From: Octopus vulgaris
Taxonomy: Eukaryota
NCBI GenBank assembly: GCA_951406725.2
Contig: OX597820.1
Location: forward strand, 83,638,001-83,702,000
Length of the DNA: 64,000 bases
Direction: 5' to 3'
In this document: positions 42,151 through 56,419 of the stretch, one piece after another
Numbering within the stretch: position 1 is the stretch's first letter
How the letters are laid out: every line of letters begins with the position of its first letter
The notes under the pieces: model-generated
The model's database searches: none
The model's input: the letters and a program-made list of their open reading frames with translations, nothing else
What the model was told of the DNA's origin: nothing
Made by a program: the position numbers and the translations under genes

Positions 42151-42424
42151 CCAATAGACAATATATCGTTGTTATAGTATACGCAATTTGTTGAAATATT
42201 AGGAGCGGCAGTTTCATACTAAACCTGACATAGAAAAGGTCTTGTAAAGGCTTACACCATGCCTAAGAGTGAGAACTCTTTTATAATCCCGATGACCTCA
42301 GATGAAACGAGGCTAAATGTAAATTCTTTACTTTTCTTACGCAATATGGATATCATGCATTACCTGAAGCTTTTCTTGCTAAAAGGTCTATCAAGTGCTT
42401 CGTGATAACATCGTATTGGGTACG

Positions 42425-42471
<47 letters not shown>

Positions 42472-42938
42472 CATGTATAGTTGTATTTCAGAATGGCCCT
42501 TTCTATTTTTGGTAAATAAACACAAACACTATATATTCGTTCGTCATTAATTTGTTACTTTTCTCATTTTAACTCATGTTCATTGCTCTGAAACCTTTCG
42601 TCACACATCTGTAACCTATTCAGTGATACTTACCGTTCTCGTGAGTGCTCCTGCTCTAATTATTCCAATGGACATAGATGTGCGACGAAAGATTTACGGG
42701 AAATGAATATGAGTTAAAATCAGAGCAGTTATAGACGAATGAAGAACGAATATATAGCGCGTCTGTTTGTTTGACAAAAATAAAAAGCACCATTCTGAAA
42801 ATAAAAAAAAAAAACAATAATGACCGTCCCGAAATACAATAAAATGGTTCAACACATGGTTTCACATCAGGTATCTTGCAACACAACTTCATAAACGTAT
42901 ATATTTCTGAGTGCTCCAATAGAATATCCACCAAAGAA

Positions 42939-42992
<54 letters not shown>

Positions 42993-43334
42993 TGTGCGTG
43001 TGTGTGTGTATGTATATATGTATAATAATAATGATAACAACAACAGCAACAACAATAATCTATACTATAACGGAGAAAGCAATTATTATAGGTTTGAGCG
43101 GCTGGAAATATTTTTATAAATTCAATTTCTGAGAAATTTCCAGTAATTTCGATTTTCCAACTTTATTGAATGTTTTAAAATCCAATATCCCGCAAATTTA
43201 AATATTCACTGCGCCTAGTTCATCACAAAAATAAATATTCATTGTATTCACTGTAGAGTATTCCATTTACATTTGCAAAGTCTCTCAATTTCTCTTTTAA
43301 AATTCAATTCCATATTAATGTATACGTAATGGGT

Positions 43335-43720
43335 GGAGGCGCAGTGGCCTAGCAGTTCGGACCCTGGACTCGCGGTCGTAGGATTACTGTTTTCATTCCC
43401 AGACCGGGTGTTGTGAGTGTTTATTGACCGAAAACACTTACATCTCCACGGGGCCCCGACAGTGGGTGGTGGCAGTCCGTGCTGTACACTTTCACCACAA
43501 CTTTCTCTCACTTCTTTTTCCTGTGTCAGTTGTAACTTTATTTCAACGGGCCAGACTCGTCACACTCTGTGTCACGCTGAATCTCCCCAAGAAATATGTT
43601 AAGGATACACGTGTCTGTGGAGTGCTCAACCACTTGCACGTTAATTTCACGAGCAGCCTGTCCCGTTTGTTGGATCAACTGGAACCTTCATCGTTCTACC
43701 CGACGGAGTGTCACAATACG
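43335..43720 (+). mobile_element. tRNA-derived SINE (family C)
   Basis: GGAGGCGCAGTGGCCTAGCAG..GTTTTCATTCCC head homologous to 16962. Confidence 0.7.
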
Positions 43721-45116
43721 TAACGTATAAACCTTACATATTGAATAATTTTTTGAAATCCCGTATAATTTTTGAACGCGAAATAGCTGAGAGAAGAGCG
43801 TAGAAAGTTGAGTAATTACTATTACAAGACGAGGAGAAAAGACCCAAAAGGTATCGACAAGTAATCGAAACCTAATTTACAGTTTCGAATCCCAACTTCA
43901 TCATTGACACAAACACAAACGCCAGTACACAATCGTGCACAGACATAGAGATACACATACACATGAATGAAAGGCAATGAATGTGTGTGTGCGCGTGTGT
44001 GTATGTGTGTGTGTGTCTGTGTGTGTGTGTGTGCGTGTGTGTGTGTGTGTACTGTTTACTGACAAAACTTAGTGCTGCATGACTTTTGTGAAATTTTGCC
44101 TGTGAACAGGCTGCGGTTTCAAAGCGACGAAAATATTTTGACACAAACGGAATTTTAATATTGAAGTGACAATAACGGTATCTGTGTGATCTTGAATGGT
44201 TTGCAAACATCTTCCACGCTGCAATTGTTTTTGTTTCAGCACACGATCTCAAATCAAATTACTTACTATGCAACTACATCTCCGTACTTTTTTTAAAAAT
44301 CTCTGTGGATAAATCTCAGCAATGACCGTCTCAGGCTCTCCAATATCTTAATTTGTAAACAGAAAAATCGGGGCAGAGAGTGGCGTTGCAAAAAATTCCT
44401 AATTTCTCGAATTTTCTTTTTTCTAGCATATAGATATATTTAAGGGGGGAAAAACATTGGAAAACAACAATGTATGCGAGAGTGATAAATAAATGAGGGT
44501 GGGTTGTCTTCGGATGTGTTAGAAACAACAGCCAAATCGTCCTTAAATCACTTTACCTTCTGAAAAAATCAACATTTTTTTCACTGAAAATGCTCTTCCC
44601 ATGATTTCGAAGCGCAAAAAAATAATTAGATAAAATAGGTCCGGAGTTGGAGAATGAAGGAGGGGGTGAGTAAAAAAATGATTTTTCAAACTGTTTTCAT
44701 ACAAAGATACCCACCGTTTCGAAGGCTGTGATTTATAAAGATGAGAAAATCCCCGAAAAATTTTCCCAAGAAATTTCTTTATAATCAAAATCTATACTCT
44801 TTGAAAGGAATTTGTATAAATTTTCATTAATAGATAACCATCTTCCTGAAATTTATGAAGGAAAAATGTCAGATTATGTAAATATTTTGCAACTACTCTC
44901 TCCACTTCGCTCTCAACAATTCTTTCCCATAAACCTCTATATACTCTGAAGCCACAGCAACTGAGCGGTATTTGTAGAACGTTTTGTTAGAAAGTATACA
45001 TTTTTCTGGATGTTATCCAGCAACTAATTCGGGGGCGGGCGTACACATCTGTAGTAATGCCGTTTTATTTATATGATTATTTATTTCATGTTTATTTAAT
45101 TTATTGTTTGCAATGT

Positions 45117-45175
<59 letters not shown>

Positions 45176-45261
45176 TACACTGCAAAGCTTAGAAATGAGC
45201 ATCAAATGTGAAAATATTATCATAGGGCTAGCAAAAACCGTCCGGAGAGTGGACTTTTTCC

Positions 45262-45304
<43 letters not shown>

Positions 45305-45317
45305 TGATTAAATATAC

Positions 45318-45705
45318 AGAAGATTGATTTTGTATTAAACTTTATTTTGTATGACGATTGTTTCGACCCATGCTGCTACTCTCGCTTATATGTGGGAATC
45401 TATACCTGGTATTGTGTTGTACCTGTTATGTAGTCTAGGTCACATCAGGTGCATTCATAGATAAATTGGTGTCTCGTTAAAAATCTTGAATCTGGGCGGT
45501 AATGTTATTTGTAAATAACAACATGACTGCCCAAACACAAGATATTTAGCGAGATACCACGTTATGTATGAATGTACCTGATGTGACCCACACAGCGAAA
45601 TTGATACAACACAACGTGAGAATCCCAGTCTCAAAGTAGTTTAGCAGCATTAATCGAAACGAAAGTCGTACAAAAGTAAGAGTAATACAAAATCCAATTA
45701 CTCTT
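45318..45705. repeat. Head-to-head palindrome (~190-bp diverged arms), probable PLE terminal repeats
   Basis: Centre at ~45511 (GTTATTTGTAAATAAC). The arms align as reverse complements and each carries CTGATGTGACC...TCGAAAC. Confidence 0.8.
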
Positions 45706-46012
45706 TACTCATTCAATTATATTCTCGACTAACACTGCGGAATTCCTGAAGTAGACCCAACGGAAATATACCTCTACTGAACATGACACCAGGTAGCCCA
45801 AACCATGAAAGTGCTTTACTCCTCAACACACTTGTTGACTTATACGCATTAGTCCCAAATATTACATACATACATATATACTCTATTATTTTTCTTATAT
45901 CAATCATCAAACGGTCAAAATAGGGCACTAATTTAAAAATTATATATAACACAAGCACACACATCCAGAAACAAGTGCGCGCATGCGCCAAAACATACTC
46001 CAAAAAAAGTAT

Positions 46013-46229
46013 ATAAGGTGGCCCAAAAGTAGGCTTATAGTTATTCAACTATCTCTTTTGCATTCATATATTACTGGTCAATATCTTAATTATAAACACT
46101 ATGAAACTATTATTCTATGGTAATTTAGTTAATTTTTTCAAGATCCTTTTCTGCTTCTATGATAGAAATTTAAATGTAATAAAATATTTTAAAAGAAATA
46201 AATCTATACAGATTTTGAGTCACCCTGTA
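46013..46229. mobile_element. Small Tc1/mariner-type MITE
   Basis: Imperfect TIRs AAGGTGGCCCAAAA / TTTTGAGTCACCCTG with TA flanks. Confidence 0.5.
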
Positions 46230-46240
46230 TACATACATAC

Positions 46241-46298
<58 letters not shown>

Positions 46299-47050
46299 CA
46301 TGTGCAGCGGCTATAATCTGTTATTATTTGTTTCTCTGGAAACAATTTCTTACAAGGAGTCGCTCGTATAATTTTGCAGAAATTATATTTTGGTTTGAAG
46401 CATATATAGGCTTAACCTGGTGTAATTTTGTTGGCATGTGAGACCGATGTGGTTTGCACGCAAGATTTAGTAGTTCTGCTATAACAGCTACACGATTGGT
46501 TTTCAAAATAATTTTACTGCAGGGATGGTTACAGTAGTGTTGCTGTCAAGAAATTCGTTTGCGTTAGGATTGTCGGCTTAGTAATTTGACAACAATTATA
46601 ACTAATTTTAAGTGTCCTCTTACACTGTTATTAAGTGCATGTCAGTGGAAAAAATGTTTGATTAAATCATATAGCTTCATACAGTGTTTGCAAAGAAGTA
46701 GTAATGACTTGTATTAAATAATATTCAAATCAGAATGAGATGCACATATCTACAAGAGACAGGGCAGCTTCAATCCACATATTATACATACAATCATGGT
46801 ATTGCTATGCATGGTTAATGTATCATTGCTATCTATTTGTCTATAAAACAGTAAATCAGTCACATGGTAGTGATAAATTTACAGGCATTTACATAGAATG
46901 TAAAAAAAGTTCAAAAGGAATGTACGGCACTCCATTAAAAAGAACATGTTACCGTAGGAGACTGTACTGGGGCGATTTTAAGTACATTCCAGAGAAGTAA
47001 ACACATAGTAATCTACTTGTGTGTACTGCTACAATTTATATTTGAATGTC

Positions 47051-47107
<57 letters not shown>

Positions 47108-47289
47108 GTACGGGGTCTATTTGTAAATTGCCGCTATTTTATATTTTTGATTTCGTGCATGTGCATTGGTTGTTTTTCATGTTCTTGAATACACAATATA
47201 GTAGGGCCAGCTGGGTACCATCTGTGAGAACTATGATTGTGACATCTTGTACTGCTTGGCATTCGTGCCGGAAGCTGCAATAAGAACAT

Positions 47290-47831
47290 TTCAGATTGTT
47301 TGGGTGTAAATCTGAGGACATATACCTAAAGTGACTGCAATTTGGGGGCATATGCCTAAAGTGATAAAATTCAAACAACCTGTTAACATTTTGGTGGTTG
47401 GAGTGACCACGAGTGAGGTGACGTTATGCCTCCATTCATCTTACTACACGGCCTCAGACTAAAGACGGACGTGGTAGTGCTGACCTCATTGAAAAGGATG
47501 GCTGGGTAACACAATCTGAACGACTTCCGAATCTCCTGCAACTCTTCTGGACGATATCCTTGTTTATGATGTTGAATGGTGACATAATCCTTGCCTTCAG
47601 TTCATCATTGATGTTACAATGAGTTTATTAGATTTCTTGTTCAACTGCGCCCCACACATATTCAAGATGGTTGCAGTCTTGAGAGTTAGGCGTCATGGCT
47701 CTCAGACAATTTCTGCGACCACATTATTCCTGACATCTGGGCACCTAACTCTCAAGACTGCAACCACCTTGATTATTATGTGTGGGGCGCAGTTGAACAA
47801 GAAACCTACAAAACTCCTTGTAACATCAAAG
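47290..47831. mobile_element. Tc1/mariner remnant with internal inverted duplication
   Basis: DIWAPNSQDCNHLDYYVWGAVEQ on +. 47607-47690 is an inverted copy of 47742-47831. Confidence 0.75.
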
Positions 47832-47894
47832 AGGAATATGGGTTCTCATTCCTAAGTTCTTCTTCGTCGTCGTCTTCTTCTTCTTCTTCTTCTT

Positions 47895-47925
<31 letters not shown>

Positions 47926-48063
47926 TTATTATTATTATTATTATTATTATTCTTCTTCTTCTTCTTCTTCTTCTTCTTCTTCTTCTTCTTCTTCTTCTTC
48001 TTCTTCTTCTTCTTCTTCTTCTTCTTCTTCTTCTTCTTGTTATTATTATTTTTATTATTATTA

Positions 48064-48485
<422 letters not shown>

Positions 48486-48548
48486 CAATTGTAGAATATA
48501 AATTCGCGTATATATAAAATCTAAGCTGTATTATGCACTATATATATG

Positions 48549-48592
<44 letters not shown>

Positions 48593-48789
48593 TATATACA
48601 TATATATATATATACATATATATATACATATACATATATATACATACATATACATATATATACATATATATACATGTATATATATACAGAGATGGATAGA
48701 AAGAGAGGGAGAGAGAGAAAGAGAGAGAAAGTATTTAGGAAATTGCTTGTTACGGTTGTAATATTAAGCGAAAGATTTTTCTAAACTAT

Positions 48790-50170
48790 ACGATTAAAGG
48801 AAACCTCTTTAGGAAGTAGTGCTACTAACCTTTGGGAACGAATTTCACTGGGTAAACAAACACCCACAAAAAAATTAAAGAGAGTTTCTCACAGGAGTTC
48901 ATACTTGAAGGACTATAGCTAGTACTGGAAAATAGCTTATTTTCTGACGACCGATATTAGACGCAAATATATGGAACTGCACAGTAACCAAAGAAGCACC
49001 GGAAATTGCGATACTAGTAATGTGATTTTTGGAAGAAAACATTTACTCCCTATCTAGCATTTCCTTTCGCCAAAATTTTCATTAAAAATTAGTTGGAAAC
49101 TGGAAAAGATACTTGGATGACTGTTTTATATTCCAGAAAAAGAGTAACGAGGTCCTTACAAAATTCCTGGAAGTAATAGACAGCATGCTTGGATCAATCT
49201 AATTCACTATGGACATGGGAACACCCTTCTTAGATATTTTAATAATCGAAAACAATCAAATTATCGCAATTTATTTCTGTTATAAAAAACACAGATACAC
49301 ATCAATATTTAGACTTTAGATCTTCTCATCCTTCCCATACAAAAAGAAACATACCTTTTAATCTGACTCGACGAATATTGACAAAAGTTTCGATGCAGGA
49401 ATTTACTTGTTTCTTACAAAACAAAAATGCCCCTCCAAACTAAGAGTCCAAGGAAAGGATATCCCAACCTCTACAGTACATATGAAAATAGATATAAAAA
49501 TACATATAAAAAATTTCCATTTGTTATCACCCAGGGACCACAGCATTCAACAATCAGAAAAACGCCTCCAACCAACTCTCCAACAAATACTTAAGGAAGA
49601 ACGAATCATCAGCAGTCCAAGGCAGCCACCTGATCTTAAGAGGCATCTAACCAAGGTAAGATTCACATCAGAGAAAGAAGGCATGGAAGTCATAATATAT
49701 GGAGACCCCATTTGACAATCGAGTAATTCGAACACGGATCAGCCAAAAAATTCAGAAATGGGAAGGAATTAAATGTAAATGCAAATATGAACAGCAAAAC
49801 CAAATATTTGAGATACTGTAGCATATGCTAATAGTACAATGAAAGATATGTTCGGGAAACAAATGCAAAATCAACCAGTCATGTAAATACGCATAGACAC
49901 CAAATAAAGCATCCCTTGCTTAGATGCAGCTAATTTGACATATGTGCACAAGGAAAGTTCAAAATATATCCCTTTTATAAAATGACGACTTACTTCGAAA
50001 GGCAAAAGAAGAGCATTTTATAACATTTCTGAAACCGAAACTAAAGCAGAAATAAGCTATATACCCGTGCCTTATAACGCTATGAATTGAAAGCGGTTGC
50101 ACAAAGCCTAGAAAGAATTTGTGAAATTCATTCGTAAATATTACTATCACTCTATTCCCTAAAGGGATCT
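48790..50170 (+). mobile_element. Degraded Penelope-like element (RT + GIY-YIG)
   Basis: YGTA (Q..GTAMG-like), WKRYLDDCFIF, IQFTM-like, PFLDILI, TDTHQYLDFRSSHPSHTKRNIPFNLTRRI, RQPPDLKRHL and RYVRETN..H (YIGET-like). Confidence 0.88.
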
Positions 50171-50249
50171 TGTTAACTTTTTGTAAAATCTTTCTCTCCT
50201 TTTCTTTCTCTCTCTTTCTTTCTCTCTCTTTCTCTCTCTTTCTTTCTCT

Positions 50250-50286
<37 letters not shown>

Positions 50287-51275
50287 AGTGTATATATGCA
50301 CACACACATGAACACAAAAACATTTTTATATAGAGAATAACTCAAGGCCCAATTGTTCATTATTATTACTTATATGTAAAACCATCAGATAAGTAGTTCC
50401 TTTTATACAGCTTTACTCATATTGTATACATTTCATAAATATACGAAAAGGGTGATTAGATAATTAATTACGACATGTAATGCCTATTTTTGCCTATCAT
50501 TTATTGACCTATTATTATAAAAATATACTGAAAGAAAAAACCCTATAAACCATCAATTATTCTCACATGCAAGTACCAACTACCTATGTACTTAAAAATC
50601 TTTGTCGAATGTAGGATTGGCGATTAAGAATTTGAAATAACAAATAGCTCCTTATTTGGTAATTCGGAACGTACATACAGATAGATTTTTAACAAGGTTT
50701 ATGTAGAGATGTATATTAGATTTCACAGAGAGGAAATCTAATTAAATATTAGGTATATTAGAACCCACGTCCTATTAGTCTTTTAGTCTAGATTCAAATA
50801 AGCGTGATTAGAAAAAACATATATATAAATCCCCTGAAATGATATCAAAGTATTTTAAACGTCTTTTTATTTTTGGTTTCCTTGAGATATTACATATTGA
50901 GGAATACAAGGATTACGATGATCTATTTATGAATATCTGGGTCCATTTGTATGAAACAGTTTTAGAGGAATATGAAAAATAAAAACTAAAATCTATTTTA
51001 AAATCCAGTCTCCTTCATTTCATAAAGATTAATAAACTGATGATTTTAATACAAGCTTTCATAGTCATACGACTTGTAAAAGAAAAATTCGAAAGCAAAG
51101 TATGAAGAAAAGACTTTAGAAATCTAAGGAAAAAATACCAATTAAAGGTCGAACATACATTCATCCGATAATATGTATGTATATATATATATACGTATAC
51201 ATGTATATACATATATATACATGCATACATACAAACATATATGAATATATACATATATATATGTATATACATATA

Positions 51276-51330
<55 letters not shown>

Positions 51331-52104
51331 CAAAGGTACTAAGGATGTTTGTGTGTAACTTTGGCAGTGCAGTGCACATTTTTGTGACATTTAGACCTGT
51401 ATTTAAACGATTAAACAAATGTTTTGTTGTTTCTTGACGAAAAAACATGGCTTCCGTGACGTCTACACGCGTACAGTAATATTTCAATCATTTAGAAATA
51501 TTTTTAGCAGGATGTGATTTTATCATCCGGTGTTTGTTAATTTCCGTAGAAAATCTTTATTTATTTATTATTCTTTTAAAGCGAAAGATAGGAGAAAGTG
51601 AAAGATGTATATACGTGTATATATAATGGAAGCGTGTATGTTAGAGAGAGAGAGAGAGTGAGGGGGAAAGAGAGTGAAAGAGAGAGAGTGAGAAAGAGAA
51701 GGAGAGAAAAGAGAGAGAGAAAGAGATAATGAGAGGGAATGAGTGTGTTGTCATGTCTACGTACATGGATCAATACATATGCGTACATTTTTTGGTATGA
51801 CGTTGCCATATGTGAAAGATAGAGCGAAAGATAGAGCGAAAGAGAGAGAAAGTGAGTTAGTGAACGTGTGTCTTCTCATGTATGTATAAGTAGTTCTCTC
51901 TCTCTCTCTCTCACTTGTTCTCTCTCTCACACACACACATACACACCTCCATTGCATATACACGTTCATACATCTTTCATTTTCTCCTCTCTCTCACTTT
52001 AAAACCAAAGTAACAGGTGATTTTGCGGATAAAAATTGTTAAACAAAATCCTCCATACATGTACATTGATTACTTTAGTTTGAATAGTTCCAAATAAATT
52101 AGTC

Positions 52105-52490
52105 CAGGCGCAGGAGAGGGTGTGTGGTAAGAAGCTGGCTCCCAAACCACATGGTTCCGGGTTCAGTCCCTTGGGCATATGTCTACTAATTTAGTCACGG
52201 CATGCCCAAAGCCTTGTGAGTGGATTTGGTAGATGGAAACTTAAGTAAGCCCGTCGTATATATATATATATATATATATATTTGTGTGTCTCAGTTTCTA
52301 GCCACGCCATCACTTGACAACCGATGTTGGTGTGCTTACGTTCCCGTTACTTAGTGGTTTCGCAAAAGAGACCGATAGAAAAAGTACTAGGCTTTCGAAG
52401 ATTATGTTCTGGAGTCATTATGTTCGAGTAAGGGTGGTGCTCCAGCATAGCCGCAATCAAATGACTGAAATAATTAAATGAAAAGAATAA
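52105..52490 (+). mobile_element. tRNA-derived SINE (family A), near full length
   Basis: GGCGCAGGAGAGGGTGTGTGGTAAG..GGTTCAGTCCC head, core, microsatellite and AAAAGAATAAAA tail. Confidence 0.85.
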
Positions 52491-52557
52491 AATAATGCAT
52501 AAGTACCATGAATCCACATTCTACAAATTGGTAATCAATTCCATGAATACTTTACCG

Positions 52558-52604
<47 letters not shown>

Positions 52605-52619
52605 CGGGGTGTTGTCAAT

Positions 52620-55600
52620 TCAGATAAACAAACAATTCAGTATTTAAAAATTATCAAGTACATGTAAAACCGATCGTTACGACGTACACAAGAAATGTAT
52701 TAGGTTGATGCTCAGTGAAAGCTGAGAGTTTGATATTTCGAGCATAGCTCTTCGTCGGATAGAAGAAAAGGGAAAAGTACAAAGGTCTAGAAAAGCTCTC
52801 CTACGGCACACGTTTAGTTACAATGCTGAAGTAACCGGAAATACAGAGATATAGACAGTGATTTTGGGGGATAGAAGAGTGTGAGGATAGTCAGAATGTG
52901 TGTGTGTGCGGTAGCATGCGTGTGTATGGACAGTCACTACGTGCGTGTGCGTTTGGTAGAAACTATGTGCGTGTCCATGAAGGTTTGTTTTTGTGTCGTA
53001 TCCATGGGCGCCAAGACCAGGCAATGGCGGCGGCAGCCGTGAGAAGTGTGTGAGTGGGTAGATATAGTTTTACGTGTGTATGTGAATTTGCATGTGGGCG
53101 TATGACAGGGTCGGAATGTGTATGCGAGTGTATGTGCGTATGGGTGTGCGTGAGGATGTGTGTATATGTGAGGTGAGTTCGCTTGGAAATATACGTGCAT
53201 GTATGTGTGTCCCTCTGTGTGTGTGTGGCGTTATATGTGCGTCCGTGTGTGTATTCATGTGTGTGTGTTCGCGTATTTGTGTGTGTGCGTTTATGTGTGA
53301 GTGAGAGGAAGAGAGGGTGTGTTTGAGTGTGTGTGTGTACGTTGATTCAGTGAAGCGTGAATATTTTTGTGTAACCACAATGCAGCAAGAATAAAAAAAC
53401 AAGCAGGTAAATAAGGCAAAACATAATTAAAGATTAAAAATTATAAAATGATAAATCAAAAAAAAAATAATAGAGAGATAAATATAACAAAAATTAAAAT
53501 TAAGAATTAAAAATTAAAATTGTAATTTTAAAATATCAAAATTAAATATTAAATAATAGATAATAAAAAAAGTAAAAACTTAAAAACTCAAAAAGGAATA
53601 ATATATAGATAAATAAAGCAAAAATTAAAATGAAAACTTAAAACATGAAGAAAGAAAATAATAAAACACAAGAATATAATAAATAAAATTAAAAAAATAT
53701 ATAAAAGTAATAAAACAAATGAAAAACGAAAAAAACAAAAGAAACTAAAAAAATATTATTTAATAAAGAAATTGAATAAATTAACTTCCAAAATTTTCTG
53801 TTTTTAAAGTTTTGTGGAGGATGTCACTGAAAGAACATTTTCAGTCCGAAAATGATGGGCGACAGGGAGTTTCTGCTTATGTGTTCCGTGAACCGGTCGG
53901 TAAGCGATCGTCCCGTCTGACAGATATAAATTTGGTTGCGTAGATTGCTCTTGTTACAGTAAATAAGCTTGGAAGAAGTGCAGGAGAAGGAGTTCCGGAT
54001 GTAGAGAGCGTGCCATGTAGGTCATGGGAAGGAGGTGGCGTTGGATAACGGATATGTGTGGCATCGGGAGCTGAAGCAATGGAAGGACGCGTGTTCGGTG
54101 GGAATGGAAGAGAAAATGGTGCTATGGACCAGTTGATATCGCACTTTTCGGTTGTGGCTGAAGGATGGTAAGGCTGGGTTGGGTTAAATATGGAGGATGG
54201 TGGCATCTAGTTGAATATGACGGAAGGCCCGTAGGATCTTCCGACAAAGGGCTAAGGTGGATTGGTAGAAAAGGTGGGGAACGAGGATGCGGTTGGAGGG
54301 CCGCTGTGGGATAGCAGATAGGGCAGTGGTGCGATCAATTTGACGAGCGCGGGTAAGGGCAGTTTGGACAAGGGTGGATGGGTATCACCGACTCGTGTAC
54401 AGCAGGGCCATGTATTGACACTTAGTCACCATATCCTGGTCCACGCTGCATAGGTATCAGATTTGTAGGAACTAAGAGTAGGAGATGGCCCATTTGGTGT
54501 GAGAAGGTTAAGAGTCAATGGATTTAAAGAAGGCGGAGGTAGTGAGAGAGTAGGTTAGGGATCATTGGAGTGAGATAATAGGGGTGAATTTCAGAGAAGG
54601 GTGGAAGTTAGAAACAAAAGAGATGAAGGTGGAGAGCTGTTCGCGGGAGCGACAGATAGCACTAATGCAGTCGTCTATATAGCAACCGTATAGATGTTGG
54701 TCGGCCCGGAGAACTGCGGGAAGATTTGAACCTAATCGTAACCGACAAATTACTTTGCAAAGTTGCGGTCTGCACTCGTTCCCATGGCGACGTTAGATAA
54801 CTGCTAGTATATCTCTTCGGCGAACGTAATGCAATTGAGTGTGAGGAAGAGTTCTGCTAAACGGAGAAGTATGGAGGTGCTATGTGTGGGTTGGGCGTGG
54901 CGGTATTAGATGGGTAATAGGCATCCTTGTGGAGGATCATAGTCTACAGGCATCTTATATCCATGGTCAACAGGAAACGTGAATAGCCGAGAGGGAAGGA
55001 AAAAACTGGAGGTGAAGAGTATGTTTGGTATCATGTATATGAGGGGGAGGAGAGCGGTTAAAGGGGAAAGGATGAGGTCGATATATTTGAAAAAGAGTTA
55101 AGTGGGGCATTTATAGTCAGAAACTACTGGGCGTCTGGGGTTACTGAGTTTGTGAATTTTGGGAAGGAAGTTGATGCTAGAGGTATGGGGCATTCGGAGT
55201 ATGAGTTAGGTGGCAGTATGGGTGGGAAGAGAGACTAGACGAGATCGTTGATTGTGGAGGACAGGCGCTGCAGGTAGGAGGAGGTGGTGTCAGAGGGTAG
55301 GAGACGATAGAATGCGGATCTTCAAAGCTGTCGGAGCGCTTCCTATCTGTACAGGTCAACGCGCTACAACTCAACAGCCTCACGGTTATCAGCCGGCTTG
55401 ATGATATCGTTCCAGCACAGGCTGACAGATTTATCTAGGGTAATTTTGGTCTGGCAGGATCATTTTCCAAAATTGAATCGGCCAAACAGCATGTTTCAGG
55501 TGTGCACGAATAACTCCAGACTGCTCACTGGCCTGGAAGCGGCGTCCAGTTGGATAGACGGCGATCCGGCTTAAGGAAACAATGCCGATTGTTGTGACGT

Positions 55601-56270
55601 TATGCAGGAACTGACTGATGTTAGTGCAGGTCCCAAGTTCATCGCAGTGAGAAATGAGAGGTATAAAGCGGAAGGCCTTACTGAGGAGCGAACATTCGGC
55701 AGCGGAAAGAAGGTTGAGTGGTATGGTGTTCACAGTGCGTAGGAGCTTGAGGGCGGGGGCGTGGTGTTGCAGAGATTTGATGAAGGTGAAGAAATAAGTT
55801 GGATGGAGAGGTTGGGACAGTGAAGGTGTTAGTTAGTTAGTTAGTTAGTTAATTTTTGGCTCAAAAGCAAATAGCAAGGCCATGTAGGGGGACATGGAGT
55901 TAAGTACAGGGTGGTGTTCATGTAAAGAGTTCACGCCACTTGAGGTCAAGGGAGACTTTGAACAAAGCGGTCGTCGGCAACTTCACCATCTCGTCTGGCA
56001 GCTTGTTCCACGGATCCGCAACCCGGACGGAGAAAGCTCCTCTCCTTTGATTGAGATGAAATCGTCGCAGGTAGAGCTTTTATAGAGGGATGCAGGCATT
56101 GAAAAGGGAAATCAGAAAGGAATCGGGCGAGAAGGAAAAGCATTTGGTGGAGGAAGGATTGAAGGTTAGGCACGCTGAGAAGTTGTAATTGTCGGTGTAG
56201 GTGTGGAGGATGGAGGTGTGATAAGGAGGAAAAAATGAATGAGAGTGGAAGGAGATCTGAAGTAGAGTGA
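52620..56270 (-). mobile_element. Near full-length degraded Penelope-like element with 3' UTR and HHR-bearing pLTR
   Basis: Reverse strand: LSAAECSLLSK..FIP, IIKPAD, LPKIHKLSNPRRPVVS, TMDI, VAMGT, CYIDDCI, NFHPSLKFT and a GIY-YIG remnant ~53850-53990. Then a T-rich and CA-rich UTR and CCGACGAAGAGCTATGCTCGAAA (52736-52758). Confidence 0.88.
55828..56082 (-). mobile_element. CR1 LINE 3' fragment with (CTAA)n tail, nested in the PLE
   Basis: KLYLRRFHLNQRRGAFSVRVADPWNKLPDEMV..FKVSLD (FS.RV...WN.LP signature), followed by a short UTR and a (CTAA)n tail. Confidence 0.85.
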
Positions 56271-56419
56271 AGTGAAGTAAACAGACCAACATCGGTTGTG
56301 AAAAGCTGGTGGGGGGGGGGGCAAACAGAGACACACAAACATATACATATATTTCAAGGCGGTGCTCCAGAATGGCTGCAGTCAACTGACTGAAACAAGT
56401 AGAAGAGTAAAATAAAATA

